Assembly (NCBI GenBank): GCA_021108395.1
Contig: JAIOQZ010000032.1
Location: 202,434 to 266,433, forward strand
Direction of reading: 5' to 3'
Origin: Candidatus Cloacimonadota bacterium
Lineage (GTDB): Bacteria; Cloacimonadota; Cloacimonadia; Cloacimonadales; JAIOQZ01
DNA: 64,000 nt
Shown here piece after piece: positions 16,241-25,453 of the stretch. The translations under genes and the position numbers were made by a program. The notes beneath the pieces are model-generated. The model did not search any database and was not told the DNA's origin. It worked only from the letters and a program-made list of their open reading frames with translations. Every line of letters begins with the position of its first letter. Positions within the stretch are counted from its first letter, which is position 1.

Positions 16241-16866
16241 GCCGCGACTTCGGCCTCTACGTCATTTTGACGCAACCGCGAGCGGGGCATATCGCCGTGG
16301 CCGAGGCCTGCGTGCGACTGGGTGTGCGCATGATGCAACTGCGCGAAAAACACCTCGCCGACCGCGAACTGTTGCGCCTGGCGCGGGAGCTGCGCACCGT
16401 CACTCGCGGTACCGACACCGCACTGTTCATCAACGACCGCCCCGACATCGCCGCGCTGTGCGACGCAGACGGCCTCCATCTGGGACAGGACGATATGTCC
16501 CTGGGAGAGGCGCGCCGCATCGTGGGCGACGACATGCGCATCGGCCTGAGCACGCACAGCCTCGAGCAGGCCAGCGCCGCCCTGGCGCAGCAGCCCGACT
16601 ACATCGGGTTCGGCCCGCTGTGGAGCACGCCGACGAAGGCGAATCCCGACCCCATTGTGGGCACAGGATTGTTGTCGCAAGTATTGGCCATCGCCGACGT
16701 ACCAGTGGTAGCCATCGGCGGCATATTCCCCGAGCGAATCCCCGAAGTTCTGGCCGCCGGCGCACGCAATCTCGCGCTGGTGCGCCATTTCATGGATACA
16801 GACGACCCCGCGCCGCGCATCGCCGAGGTAATGGCGATGCTGGCCGGACAAAGGAGCAAAACATGA
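16237..16866 (+). CDS. thiE: Thiamine-phosphate synthase
   Basis: LYVILT, MMQLREK, LFINDRPDIA, GLHLGQDD, IGLSTHS, DYIGFGPLWSTPTK, VVAIGGI. The GTG start overlaps the thi4 stop. Confidence 0.9.
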   Translation: MSRDFGLYVILTQPRAGHIAVAEACVRLGVRMMQLREKHLADRELLRLARELRTVTRGTDTALFINDRPDIAALCDADGLHLGQDDMSLGEARRIVGDDMRIGLSTHSLEQASAALAQQPDYIGFGPLWSTPTKANPDPIVGTGLLSQVLAIADVPVVAIGGIFPERIPEVLAAGARNLALVRHFMDTDDPAPRIAEVMAMLAGQRSKT

Positions 16867-18149
16867 CACAAATGCAAGCAGCCCGCAAGGGCGAAATAAC
16901 CGAGATAATGAAGCAGGCTGCGGCCTATGATAAGGTCGAGCCGGAGTTCATTCGCGCCGGACTGGCCGACGGGACTATTGTCGTGCCGCGCAACGTGCAC
17001 CACAACTTTTCTGCGCGTGCTATCGGGCGTGGGCTTTCCACCAAGGTCAACGCCAACATCGGCACATCGGCCGAGCACTGCGACCTGGCCGAGGAGGTGC
17101 GTAAGCTCGAAGTGGCCGTGAAGCATGGCGCCGACAGCGTGATGGACCTATCCACCGCCGGACGGCTCGACTTCGCGCTTTCCACCATCATCGAACGGGC
17201 AGGGGTGATGGTGGGCAACGTGCCCATCTATGCCTGCATAGCCAAGCTGGCGCAGGACGGCAAGACCATCCTCGACATGACCGCCGACGACCTGTTTGCC
17301 GAAATCGAGAGCCAGGCGCGTCTCGGCGTCGATTTCATGACCGTTCACGCCGGTATCACCCTGCGTTCGCTCAGCTTCCTCGAAAACGACCCTCGCGTGA
17401 TGGGCGTCGTCAGTCGCGGCGGCTCGCTGCTAAAGCGCTGGATGCTGCACCACGACCGCGAGAACCCGCTGTACGAGCATTACGACCGCCTGCTCGACAT
17501 TTGCGAAGAGCACGACATCACACTCAGTCTCGGTGACGGGTTCCGTCCCGGCGCGCAGGCCGACGCTACCGATCGCGGACAGGTGGCCGAGATGCTGGTG
17601 CTGGGCGAGCTTGTTGACCGCGCTCGCAAGCGCGGCGTGCAGGTGATGGTCGAAGGCCCCGGCCATGTGCCGCTGGACGAAGTGGTGGCCAACGTGATGT
17701 TGGAGAAGAAACTGTGCAATGACGCGCCATTCTACGTCCTCGGGCCGCTGGTCACCGACATTGCGCCAGGCTACGACCACATCGTCGGCGCCATCGGCGG
17801 GGCGCTGGCGGCGGCGCACGGCGTCGATTTTCTCTGCTACGTCACCCCGGCGGAGCATCTCTGCCTACCCACCGAGGACGACGTGAAGCGCGGCGTCATC
17901 GCCAGCAAAATAGCCGCGCACGCCGGCGACATTGTGAAGCGTGTGCCGGGCGCTATCGAGCGTGACCATGCAATGTCACACGCCCGCCGTGAGTTCGACT
18001 GGAAGGCGATTTATCGCCTGTCGCTCGACCCTGAGCTTGCCCGTGAGCGCAAGGAAAACTCGGAGAGCGGCGGCGAGGATTACTGCTCGATGTGCGGCGA
18101 ACTCTGCGCTGTTCGCACCGACCGCGAATCGGAGAAGGAGCGGCAGTGA
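16863..18149 (+). CDS. thiC: Phosphomethylpyrimidine synthase
   Basis: MTQMQAARKGEIT.., VDFMTVHAG, GVVSRGG, LSLGDGFRPG, VMVEGPGHVP, PFYVLGPLVTDIAPGYDHI, and a C-terminal Cys cluster CSMCGELC. ATG 16863 has SD AAAGGAG. The 687-nt upstream extension in the ORF track overlaps thiE and is discarded. Confidence 0.95.
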   Translation: MTQMQAARKGEITEIMKQAAAYDKVEPEFIRAGLADGTIVVPRNVHHNFSARAIGRGLSTKVNANIGTSAEHCDLAEEVRKLEVAVKHGADSVMDLSTAGRLDFALSTIIERAGVMVGNVPIYACIAKLAQDGKTILDMTADDLFAEIESQARLGVDFMTVHAGITLRSLSFLENDPRVMGVVSRGGSLLKRWMLHHDRENPLYEHYDRLLDICEEHDITLSLGDGFRPGAQADATDRGQVAEMLVLGELVDRARKRGVQVMVEGPGHVPLDEVVANVMLEKKLCNDAPFYVLGPLVTDIAPGYDHIVGAIGGALAAAHGVDFLCYVTPAEHLCLPTEDDVKRGVIASKIAAHAGDIVKRVPGAIERDHAMSHARREFDWKAIYRLSLDPELARERKENSESGGEDYCSMCGELCAVRTDRESEKERQ

Positions 18150-18865
18150 CGTTCGTGCTGTGCGTCTCGGCCAGCGACAGCTCCGGCGGCGCGGGTATGC
18201 AGCGCGATGTGGCTGTGGCGCGGGCGCATGGCTGCCACGCGCTGTCAGCGCTCACCGGCATCACCGTGCAGACGCACAGCGGCCTGCTGCACGCCGAGGC
18301 TGTCTCGCTTGCCCTGCTGCGCCGGCAGCTCGAAGCCTGCCTGACGCATTATCCGGTGGCGGCGGTGAAGGTGGGCGCGCTGTGCGACGTCGAGCAGGTG
18401 GGCGTTCTGGCCGATGCCCTGTCCGGCGTGACCGCACCTATCGTCCTCGACCCCGTATTCGCCCCCACCGCCGGCGCGGCTTTCCTGCACGATGTGGCCG
18501 CCTACCGTGAGCGCCTGCTGCCACTGGCGGCGGTTGTCACGCCCAACCGGCAAGAACTGGCGCGGTTGGCCGAGCTGCCTGTTGACACACCGGAGCAGGT
18601 TGAGGCGGCAGTACTATTGCTGACTGTGCCAGTGTTTGTCACCGGCGGGCACTTCGCGGGCGAGGAAATTGTCGAGTGGCTGGTGCGTAGGGGAGAGGTC
18701 GACGTGTTTCGCAAACCGCGCTTGTCCCTGCGCGAGACGCACGGCACCGGCTGTGCGCTGTCAACGGCGCTGGCCTGCCGCCTGGCGCAAGGCGAGCCGC
18801 TGTCCGTCGCCTGCCGCGCCGCCAGCGCGTGGGTGGGGGAGGCACAGGGGCGTTGCCCCTCATGA
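18146..18865 (+). CDS. thiD: Hydroxymethylpyrimidine/phosphomethylpyrimidine kinase
   Basis: VLCVSASDSSGGAGMQRD, VKVGAL, VVTPNRQELARL, VTGGH, THGTGCALSTALA. GTG 18146 overlaps the thiC stop (GTGA). Confidence 0.85.
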   Translation: MTFVLCVSASDSSGGAGMQRDVAVARAHGCHALSALTGITVQTHSGLLHAEAVSLALLRRQLEACLTHYPVAAVKVGALCDVEQVGVLADALSGVTAPIVLDPVFAPTAGAAFLHDVAAYRERLLPLAAVVTPNRQELARLAELPVDTPEQVEAAVLLLTVPVFVTGGHFAGEEIVEWLVRRGEVDVFRKPRLSLRETHGTGCALSTALACRLAQGEPLSVACRAASAWVGEAQGRCPS

Positions 18866-19091
18866 AGGCTCATTTTGCTTCGCTATAAACCAGAAATATT
18901 TGGTTTAACTTGTAATTTGAAAGAAGCTCATGGCGAGCATGGGGTGAAACATGCATTATCCTGTTGATCCTAATTCACCAACATATTCGCTTCATTTGCC
19001 AACTTGGTGATACTATTTGCCACGAAAAGATCAGGACGTACTAACTGCCGGAGACCAGGAATCATCTCTGTCGATAAATCAATCGGAGCTT

Positions 19092-19301
19092 CACTATCGC
19101 TACTATCGCCTGTTCCGGTGACTTATGGCTATCTTGCGCTATGAAAGGAACTTAATGTGCCGTCAAAGTGGAACCATTGTGCCATTATAGTGATACCAAA
19201 AGAACCGATAGTAACCGTTCTTGCCAATAAGCTACTATCGTTACTATCGACTTAACTCTTAATGTGTTCAACCCTTGCTCAAGAATGGGAGCGATAGTAA
19301 C
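19092..19301. repeat. Six dispersed copies of an 8-10-nt motif (CTATCG core) in an AT-rich segment
   Basis: cactatcg 19092, ctactatcg 19100, ctactatcg 19232 and ttactatcg 19241 on the plus strand. cgatagtaac at 19206 and 19292 is the reverse orientation. Confidence 0.75.
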
Positions 19302-20299
19302 TCTCGCCAAGGGGGGGTGAGATTTTATAGCGGCCGTCTGCCTCGATACGCACGAGATAGACGCCGTTCGGTCGGTTGCGAAAGTCCAGTGTCAACTGCT
19401 GTAATCCTGATGACAATGAGGTTTGTACGGTCTCGCCGCAATGACGCCCGCGGATATCGTACACATCGACTTCAATCTGTTGCGCCTGCCGAAGCTGTAG
19501 TTGCAGCGTCGCGGTATCCCGCACAGGCTGGGGGTATATCGTGATATCGGCCATCTTCGCCAGTTCGTCTTGATCGACGGAAACACCGTCCCAGTAAGTG
19601 AAGTAGAGCCGGGGCCAGTGCTCTGGATTCGATGCATCTGAGGTGGAAAAATCAATCCTATCCAGTAGGTCATCGTAATCGGTGTCAATCTCGAAGGCGA
19701 TGCGGTATTGTGTATGTATGTTATCCAAGACGTAGTCGAGGAACACACAGTAGGTTACATCAAGATAACGGTAGCCTTGCTCTCCGTGGCTGTTCGGCAC
19801 GCTCATTCCTTCGGCGGTAATAACGCCTACGTTATGCGTGTATGTAAAGGAGCTACCGACATCTCCCTTGGTCCAGTCATTGAACCAAAGCTCATCGCCA
19901 TAGTCGATATGACTGACGATGCAATCTATCGTGTCACCGCCAGCGACGTTCCACACAGGATACGGTAGGGGTGTCCCCATGAAATCCAAATTCCCGATGC
20001 TGCCAAATTGAAAAACGCACAGAGTGGAATTGGTCATCACATAACCGCCGGGAATTGGGGGTAGGCTAAAGGAAATGTAACCTCGCAAAATTCTGTTAGA
20101 GCGGATCATCCCAGACCTCATATGTGTCTCCAACAAATATCTTAGAGCTTGACGTGTTTAAACTGAAGGGAGCGCCACCAGATGTAAAGCATATGTCTCC
20201 ATCCAATTCAGGGTCGGCGAACACGCTATCCATGTAGGTGTGGCACAGGGCCAGCGCGGGCAGGAGGAGGAGAAAGAGAGCGAGGCAAGCGTGTTTCAT
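19279..20299 (-). pseudogene. T9SS-cargo-like exported protein, apparently frameshifted and with an atypical C-terminus
   Basis: A signal-peptide ORF (20299-20096, MKHACLALFLLLLPALALC) and the body ORF (20136-19279) overlap in different frames. The body ends with a Por/T9SS-type CTD (ITIYPQPVRDTATLQL..NGVYLVRIEADGR), but the usual final strand is replaced by YKISPPLGESYYRSHS. Confidence 0.6.
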
Positions 20300-20308
20300 G
20301 GGTATTCG

Positions 20309-20800
20309 CTATCGCTCCGGTAGGCAGGGGGGGATGGGAACCTCGTACTCCTCGCATTTGGCGCGAAGCTCGCTGTAAAACGATGCGAACAGGGAGTCGG
20401 CATCGGCCATTGACTGATTGTAGGAATCCATGCGTATGACCAGCTCGGGGCCTTCATACTGGCCCAGGAAGTCGTTCCAGGCGAACAGCCTGTGCTCGTT
20501 AGCCGCGACAAAGCGTTCGTGCAGCGGGCGCAGGTCTTCCGACTTCGGCTGTATAAGCTTGAGCAGCCTGATGAAATGCTCGTAGTTCTTTGTTTGCCGG
20601 GCAAAGCCTTCTGCTGTCGAGTCCCACTCGTCCAGCGGGTTGCCGATGCGATTCTGCTCCATCAGCGGAATCTGTTCGAGATACCGCACCAACCGCTTCG
20701 CTTCCGGTGTCACCTTCTCGCCGCAGGAGGCCAGCGTCAGCAAGAGGATGAGCGCACTACTTACTGCCAAGAATTTCAAGGATGTTTCCTGTTGGGTCAT
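20309..20800 (-). CDS. Hypothetical lipoprotein
   Basis: LKFLAVSSALILLLTLASCGEK lipobox. Start is ATG 20800 or a downstream TTG; either overlaps the VOC gene's 3' end. Confidence 0.6.
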   Translation of the reverse strand: MTQQETSLKFLAVSSALILLLTLASCGEKVTPEAKRLVRYLEQIPLMEQNRIGNPLDEWDSTAEGFARQTKNYEHFIRLLKLIQPKSEDLRPLHERFVAANEHRLFAWNDFLGQYEGPELVIRMDSYNQSMADADSLFASFYSELRAKCEEYEVPIPPCLPER

Positions 20801-21122
20801 AGAACTGGAACCAGTAGTTTTCGTCGCCCATGTGGAGCGGTTCATCGTGCACGAAGCGCACACCGGCGGCCTTGAGCCTGCCGTGCCATTCTCCGGCAGA
20901 GTCAACCGATAAAACAAAGCCGCACCGTTGCGTGTCGTGGTTATGCTCGCAGGGCTTGTTGCCGCCTTGCAGATACAGCCCCGAGTCGTCGCTGAGGCTG
21001 AAGAAGCAGGCGTTGTCGCCCATGTCGAACTGCTTTTCGAGACCCAGCGCCTCGCTGTAGAACTTGTAGGCGACGGCGAAATCGGTTGTGTAAACAGACG
21101 CGAAAGCGATTCCTTTGATCAT
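20757..21122 (-). CDS. VOC (glyoxalase/bleomycin-resistance/dioxygenase) family protein
   Basis: MIKGIAFASVYTTDFAVAYKFYSEALGL..FYDPTGNILEI is the typical VOC beta-alpha-beta-beta-beta module. SD AGGAGA. ATG 21122 is preferred over the listed 21254. Confidence 0.8.
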   Translation of the reverse strand: MIKGIAFASVYTTDFAVAYKFYSEALGLEKQFDMGDNACFFSLSDDSGLYLQGGNKPCEHNHDTQRCGFVLSVDSAGEWHGRLKAAGVRFVHDEPLHMGDENYWFQFYDPTGNILEILGSK

Positions 21123-21421
21123 AGTGTTCTCCTGGCTATATCCTGTTCTTTTTTCACATTCCTGGCGATGTAGAAACGCATGGGGCAGGTGCAGAAATTC
21201 TTGTAGCCGAACCCGACCGAAAAACGGCACTTGGCGGGATTCTCCTCGAGGCATTCGAGATACGAATGCAGCCCTATATCGTGTGATTTACACAGGGCCT
21301 CGAACCCCGAGCGGATGCAGACGAAGTCCTTGGGGCAGGACATCGTGCGTACAATCTCAGCGATCTTCTCATGTAGCGTTTCGTCGCTGATCGAGTCCAG
21401 CAGTTTGTCATCAGACGACAT
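21119..21421 (-). CDS. Small cysteine-rich protein (hypothetical)
   Basis: MSSDDKLL..MSCPKDFVCIRSGFEALCKSHDIGLHSYLECLEENPAKCRFSVGFGYKNFCTCPMRFYIARN has 7 Cys in a conserved-looking pattern. SD GGAG. Its stop overlaps the VOC start (ATGA). Confidence 0.6.
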   Translation of the reverse strand: MSSDDKLLDSISDETLHEKIAEIVRTMSCPKDFVCIRSGFEALCKSHDIGLHSYLECLEENPAKCRFSVGFGYKNFCTCPMRFYIARNVKKEQDIARRTL

Positions 21422-21528
21422 TATTTCTCCAACGGTTGTATATGGCGATTTCCGGCAGTTTCCGGCGTTGTCATAGCTCAAATACAACTAAGAGTATAAG
21501 CGATTCGATGGCCAGGGCATTCACTTTT

Positions 21529-24057
21529 TTATGTTTTTGCTGCTGCGGGCGCCAGAATGACACCGCTAAGGGGGGCGAGCGACAGTTTCAGGCCGTTCGA
21601 ATCGGCCAGGTGCTCGCCGCCGTTGAAGATGTCTTCCCATATGCCCGGCGCGAGCGGCAGAAGCGCCTCGCGTGGGTTTTCCTCGTTGTTGAGCGCCACC
21701 ACCAGCTTCTCCTGCCCAAGCTGTCTGCGGTAGGCATAGAGACGGCCATCTGTGAGCAGCGTATGGAATTCCCCGCGAGAAAGAACCTTGCGCTCTTTGC
21801 GCAGGTGGATGAGCTTCCTGTAATAGCGATGGAGGTCGATGGCGGCGTCATCCTGCTGCCAGCGCCAGTTGAACGGACGGCGGTTGTCGGGGTCGTGGCC
21901 GCCCTCCATGCCAATCTCGTCGCCATAATACACATGCGGCGCGCCGACGTAGGTCATTTGAAAGAGCACCACGAGTTTGAGACGGCGAATGTCGCCCTGG
22001 CAGGTTTCGATAACGCGGTGAGTGTCGTGGCTGTCCAGCAGGTTCATCATCGCCTGCACGGCCTGCTGCGGATAGACCAGTCGCCCGGGCTTGATGTCGC
22101 GGTCAAAGGTGCGGGCGCTGCACACGCGCAGGCAGAAGAAGCGCAACGCCGGATCGCGGAAATAGGCGTAGTTCATCACGGCGTCGAAGTACAGGCGATT
22201 GACCCAGTCGCTGGCCTGATGCCAGATTTCTCCAACGAGGTATGCGTCGGGCTTCACATGCTTCACGCGGCGGCGGAACAGCTCCCAGAACCACCAGGGT
22301 ACTTCGTTGGGCACATCCAGGCGAAAACCGTCCGCGTCCATCTCGCCCAACCAGAAATCGGCCAGCCCCAGGATGTACTCGACAACCTGCCAGTTCGGGT
22401 TGGCGTCCGAGATGTCGCGGATGCCGTTCTCGCACCAGGCGGGGTGGCTCTTGTCGAAGTCGAGATCGGGCATCGTGCCGTGCCCCCACCAGCACTGGTA
22501 GTAGTCGGCGGGATTGAAGTCCTTGTCTGGCAGCGGCCACTGCTTGAACTCATACCAGTCCCAGAATGGCGACGAGGGGCCGCGCTCGCGGGCGTCAACG
22601 AAGGCCATGTGCGTGTCGCCGGTGTGGTTGAACGCGCAGTCCAGAATGACGCGGATACCGCGCTCGTGGCATTCCTGCACCAACTGGCGGAACTGCTCGT
22701 TGCCACCGAGGTGGGGGTCGATGCGGCGATAGTCGGCGGCGTCATAGCGGTGAGTGCTACGCGCCTCGAACAGCGGATTGAAGTAGATGACGTTTACGCC
22801 GAGGTCGGCCAGGTAGTCGAGCTTCCGGCGGATGCCCGGCAGGTCGCCACCGTAGAAGGCGGCCCAGTCCCCCCGGCCCTCTGGATGCAGCGGGTTCTCC
22901 CGCAGGATATCGGTATCGTACCAATCGCCCACGAAGTGATGCCACACCTGGCCATATGCGAGCTTGCCGTCTGTCGGGGGAGTGCGCGTATCGTTGTAAT
23001 ACCATTCGGAAAAGTCCTGGTTGAGGCTGGGATCGCCGTTGCAGAAGCGATCGGGAAAAATCTGGTAGATGATGGCGTCGCGGGTCCATTCGGGAACCAG
23101 GAACGCCTCGGTGTGTTTCGGGTCGTAGGCGAACAGGCGTTGCTCGTCCCATTCGGCGCAGAACCCGCCGCGCACCAGAAACAGCTCGATGTCGCCGTCA
23201 TGGTAGATGAAGGCGAAGCGAAAGCCGGCGCCTGGCTCTGGCAGCTCAACGACACATCTCCAGTACTCCCAGGCGTTGTCACGTTCATAGCAGTGCAGAG
23301 GCAGGCGAGCGCCGTCCACCCACGCATCCACCGACTCGACATCGTCAACGTGGCTGCGACATTTCAGCTCGATGCGGGTGGGAGACAGCGGATTGATCAT
23401 GCCCATGTCGGGCTCGATGGGCAGTCCCCAGGTGAGGATTTTGCCATCGCAGCGTTCGAGGCGAACCCGCGGGTGGTCGAGCGTGACCTCGAAAGTGGCG
23501 TTCTGGCCGCCAAAACCGTCTGGAATCAACTCGTCGGCCTGCGGATCGGGCAGCCAGTTGAGGCCATCGATGACAAATTTGTATTCGTAGATACCGGCGC
23601 ACAGCAGCAGATCGACAATCCAACTGCCGTCGTCGAGCCGGTGCATGGGGCTACCGGTTGGATTCCAGGCGTTGAAACTGCCGGCCACTGCTACGACGCT
23701 GGCTTCATACGGCGGGTCGAAGCGCAGGACGATCTTGCGCAGCGCCTCGACAGCTTCGGTGTCGCCCACAACGACAACAGCGTTCTGCCCGTCGAATCCG
23801 GCGCCGGCCAGTTCATCGGCGCCTTCATCCACCAGCCAGAGACCATTGACAACGAACTTGTAGGCATAGCGCCCGGCAGGGAGTTCCAGAACAGCGCTAT
23901 ACACTCCCTCGTCCGACTGCATGGGCGTGGCTGCGGGATCCCAGCCATTGAATTCGCCAGCCAGAAACACTTCGTGGTGTCCCCCGATGAGCGGCTGGTA
24001 TTCAAACCGGATGCGGAACAGGTTGGTGTCGGCCAGCGGTGATGAGAAAGTCGGCAT
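21529..24057 (-). CDS. GH13 alpha-amylase-family glycoside hydrolase with N-terminal CBM48/E-set domains
   Basis: IIYQIFPDRFCNGD, VILDCAFNHTG, GFRLDVPNEVP, YLVGEIWH, NLLDSHDTHR (GH13 regions I-IV). Two N-terminal AMPK-beta-like carbohydrate-binding modules (EVFLAGEFNGWD, VAVAGSFNAWN). No signal peptide. Confidence 0.9.
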   Translation of the reverse strand: MPTFSSPLADTNLFRIRFEYQPLIGGHHEVFLAGEFNGWDPAATPMQSDEGVYSAVLELPAGRYAYKFVVNGLWLVDEGADELAGAGFDGQNAVVVVGDTEAVEALRKIVLRFDPPYEASVVAVAGSFNAWNPTGSPMHRLDDGSWIVDLLLCAGIYEYKFVIDGLNWLPDPQADELIPDGFGGQNATFEVTLDHPRVRLERCDGKILTWGLPIEPDMGMINPLSPTRIELKCRSHVDDVESVDAWVDGARLPLHCYERDNAWEYWRCVVELPEPGAGFRFAFIYHDGDIELFLVRGGFCAEWDEQRLFAYDPKHTEAFLVPEWTRDAIIYQIFPDRFCNGDPSLNQDFSEWYYNDTRTPPTDGKLAYGQVWHHFVGDWYDTDILRENPLHPEGRGDWAAFYGGDLPGIRRKLDYLADLGVNVIYFNPLFEARSTHRYDAADYRRIDPHLGGNEQFRQLVQECHERGIRVILDCAFNHTGDTHMAFVDARERGPSSPFWDWYEFKQWPLPDKDFNPADYYQCWWGHGTMPDLDFDKSHPAWCENGIRDISDANPNWQVVEYILGLADFWLGEMDADGFRLDVPNEVPWWFWELFRRRVKHVKPDAYLVGEIWHQASDWVNRLYFDAVMNYAYFRDPALRFFCLRVCSARTFDRDIKPGRLVYPQQAVQAMMNLLDSHDTHRVIETCQGDIRRLKLVVLFQMTYVGAPHVYYGDEIGMEGGHDPDNRRPFNWRWQQDDAAIDLHRYYRKLIHLRKERKVLSRGEFHTLLTDGRLYAYRRQLGQEKLVVALNNEENPREALLPLAPGIWEDIFNGGEHLADSNGLKLSLAPLSGVILAPAAAKT

Positions 24058-24313
24058 CCTATGCCTGGTTCCCCAGCGTATTCGGGGCGCTGATTTTGGT
24101 CTGCATTGGGTTCATTTATTCACCTCGCAAGTTTGGGATAAAATAGCATAGCGCACCTTATTCGACAACGGAATTCCGCGTTCAACGTCTTTTTTCTTTA
24201 CACCACAACGTTTCTGGCGTATATATGTAATATGTGAATACGATTTATATCTGCGTCAATATTAGATTGCGAAGTGCTTAACAAAAGCATTATTGCTTGA
24301 AGGGGTTTATCGA

Positions 24314-25390
24314 ATGACAGAAGCGCTGCTTGGACAATTGCAGAGCAACTTCCTGTTCCACAGCATCACGCCGGATGTGCTGAAGCAGATCGACGAAGCC
24401 TACTTCCGTCATCAGATATTTCACAAAGGCGACATACTCATCCGACCGGAAGACGCCAGTTATGAAATCTTTCTCATCATCGAGGGCTTTGTCGAAATTA
24501 TCAAGAGCAAATCTGACAAAACGCGTGAGCAGTTGTTGCAAAAAGGCCCTGGCGAATTCCTCGGTGAGGTCAGCCTGCTGCTTTCCGTGCCGCGCAACGC
24601 TACAGTCACCTGCATTACCGACGTAGAGGTTTTCATTGTCTCGGCGCAGGATATGAGGAGCATCATCCGTCATATTCCCTCCGTACGCAAGAACATACTC
24701 AAGAATATAATAGAGACGGTTTTCAGCGAAGACCAGCGCGTGGTGCGAGAGATTATCCAGGGCAACCTGATGGCCGAAATGTTCAATGCCGTCAGCCTTT
24801 CCACCAAGCAATTGGAGCGACTGAACAGGAAGCTGAAACAGACAAACATGGAGCTTGACCGCAAGAACAAGAAGCTCTATGAGTTGGCCACCTACGATTC
24901 GCTGACGAAGATATACAATCGCGCCTTTGTGATGGACATGTTCAGCCGTGAGTTCAGCAAGAGCCAGCGTCACAATCTCAACCTCACCTGTTTGCTGATC
25001 GATGTTGACAACTTCAAGCTTGTCAACGACAATTTCGGCCACCTCATTGGCGACATCGTGCTGAAGCAACTGGCCTCGAATATGCTCAGTTGCCTGCGTG
25101 AGCAGGACATCATCGGGCGTTACGGGGGAGAGGAATTTCTGGTGGTGCTGCCCAACGTAGCGATTGAGGGCGCTGTCACTGTGGCCGAGAAACTGAGAGC
25201 CAAAGTGGAAAACTCGATGGACAAGATCATCGAGGACATCGATCTCGAAGTGACCATCAGTATCGGCGTCTCCGACAACTTCCTGAGCGAGCCGAAAAAA
25301 GAAGACGACATGCTTTTCTGTGCCGACACAGCCCTGTATGTCGCCAAGTCCAAAGGAAAGAACTGCGTCGTCGTGTTCACTCCGAGCTGA
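24314..25390 (+). CDS. Cyclic-nucleotide-binding domain / GGDEF diguanylate cyclase
   Basis: An N-terminal cNMP-binding beta-barrel (FLGEVSLLLSVPRNATV), a coiled-coil linker, then a GGDEF domain with RYGGEEFLV and an upstream REQD (RxxD I-site). Confidence 0.85.
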   Translation: MTEALLGQLQSNFLFHSITPDVLKQIDEAYFRHQIFHKGDILIRPEDASYEIFLIIEGFVEIIKSKSDKTREQLLQKGPGEFLGEVSLLLSVPRNATVTCITDVEVFIVSAQDMRSIIRHIPSVRKNILKNIIETVFSEDQRVVREIIQGNLMAEMFNAVSLSTKQLERLNRKLKQTNMELDRKNKKLYELATYDSLTKIYNRAFVMDMFSREFSKSQRHNLNLTCLLIDVDNFKLVNDNFGHLIGDIVLKQLASNMLSCLREQDIIGRYGGEEFLVVLPNVAIEGAVTVAEKLRAKVENSMDKIIEDIDLEVTISIGVSDNFLSEPKKEDDMLFCADTALYVAKSKGKNCVVVFTPS

Positions 25391-25453
25391 ACAAAGACCA
25401 GTTTCCGCACGGAATTGCTTGACAGGCCATCGTTCATCCTCTGTTTTGAAGAG

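Noticed and set aside
16176-16862. 687-nt N-terminal extension of the thiC ORF in the track
   Set aside because: It overlaps thi4 and thiE in another frame and encodes Arg/Pro-rich nonsense. A conserved ThiC N-terminus with a good SD begins at ATG 16863.
21436-24042. 868-aa plus-strand ORF opposite the GH13 gene. The same pattern appears at 24290-25717 (-), 9317-10678 (+), 34902-36164 (+), 36264-39131 (+ fragments), 42624-43757 (-), 43806-44639 (-), 47377-49239 (-), 50674-51606 (-), 52650-53567 (-) and 58743-59888 (-).
   Set aside because: All of these are long antisense ORFs typical of high-GC coding regions. In every case the opposite strand carries a protein with unambiguous family motifs.
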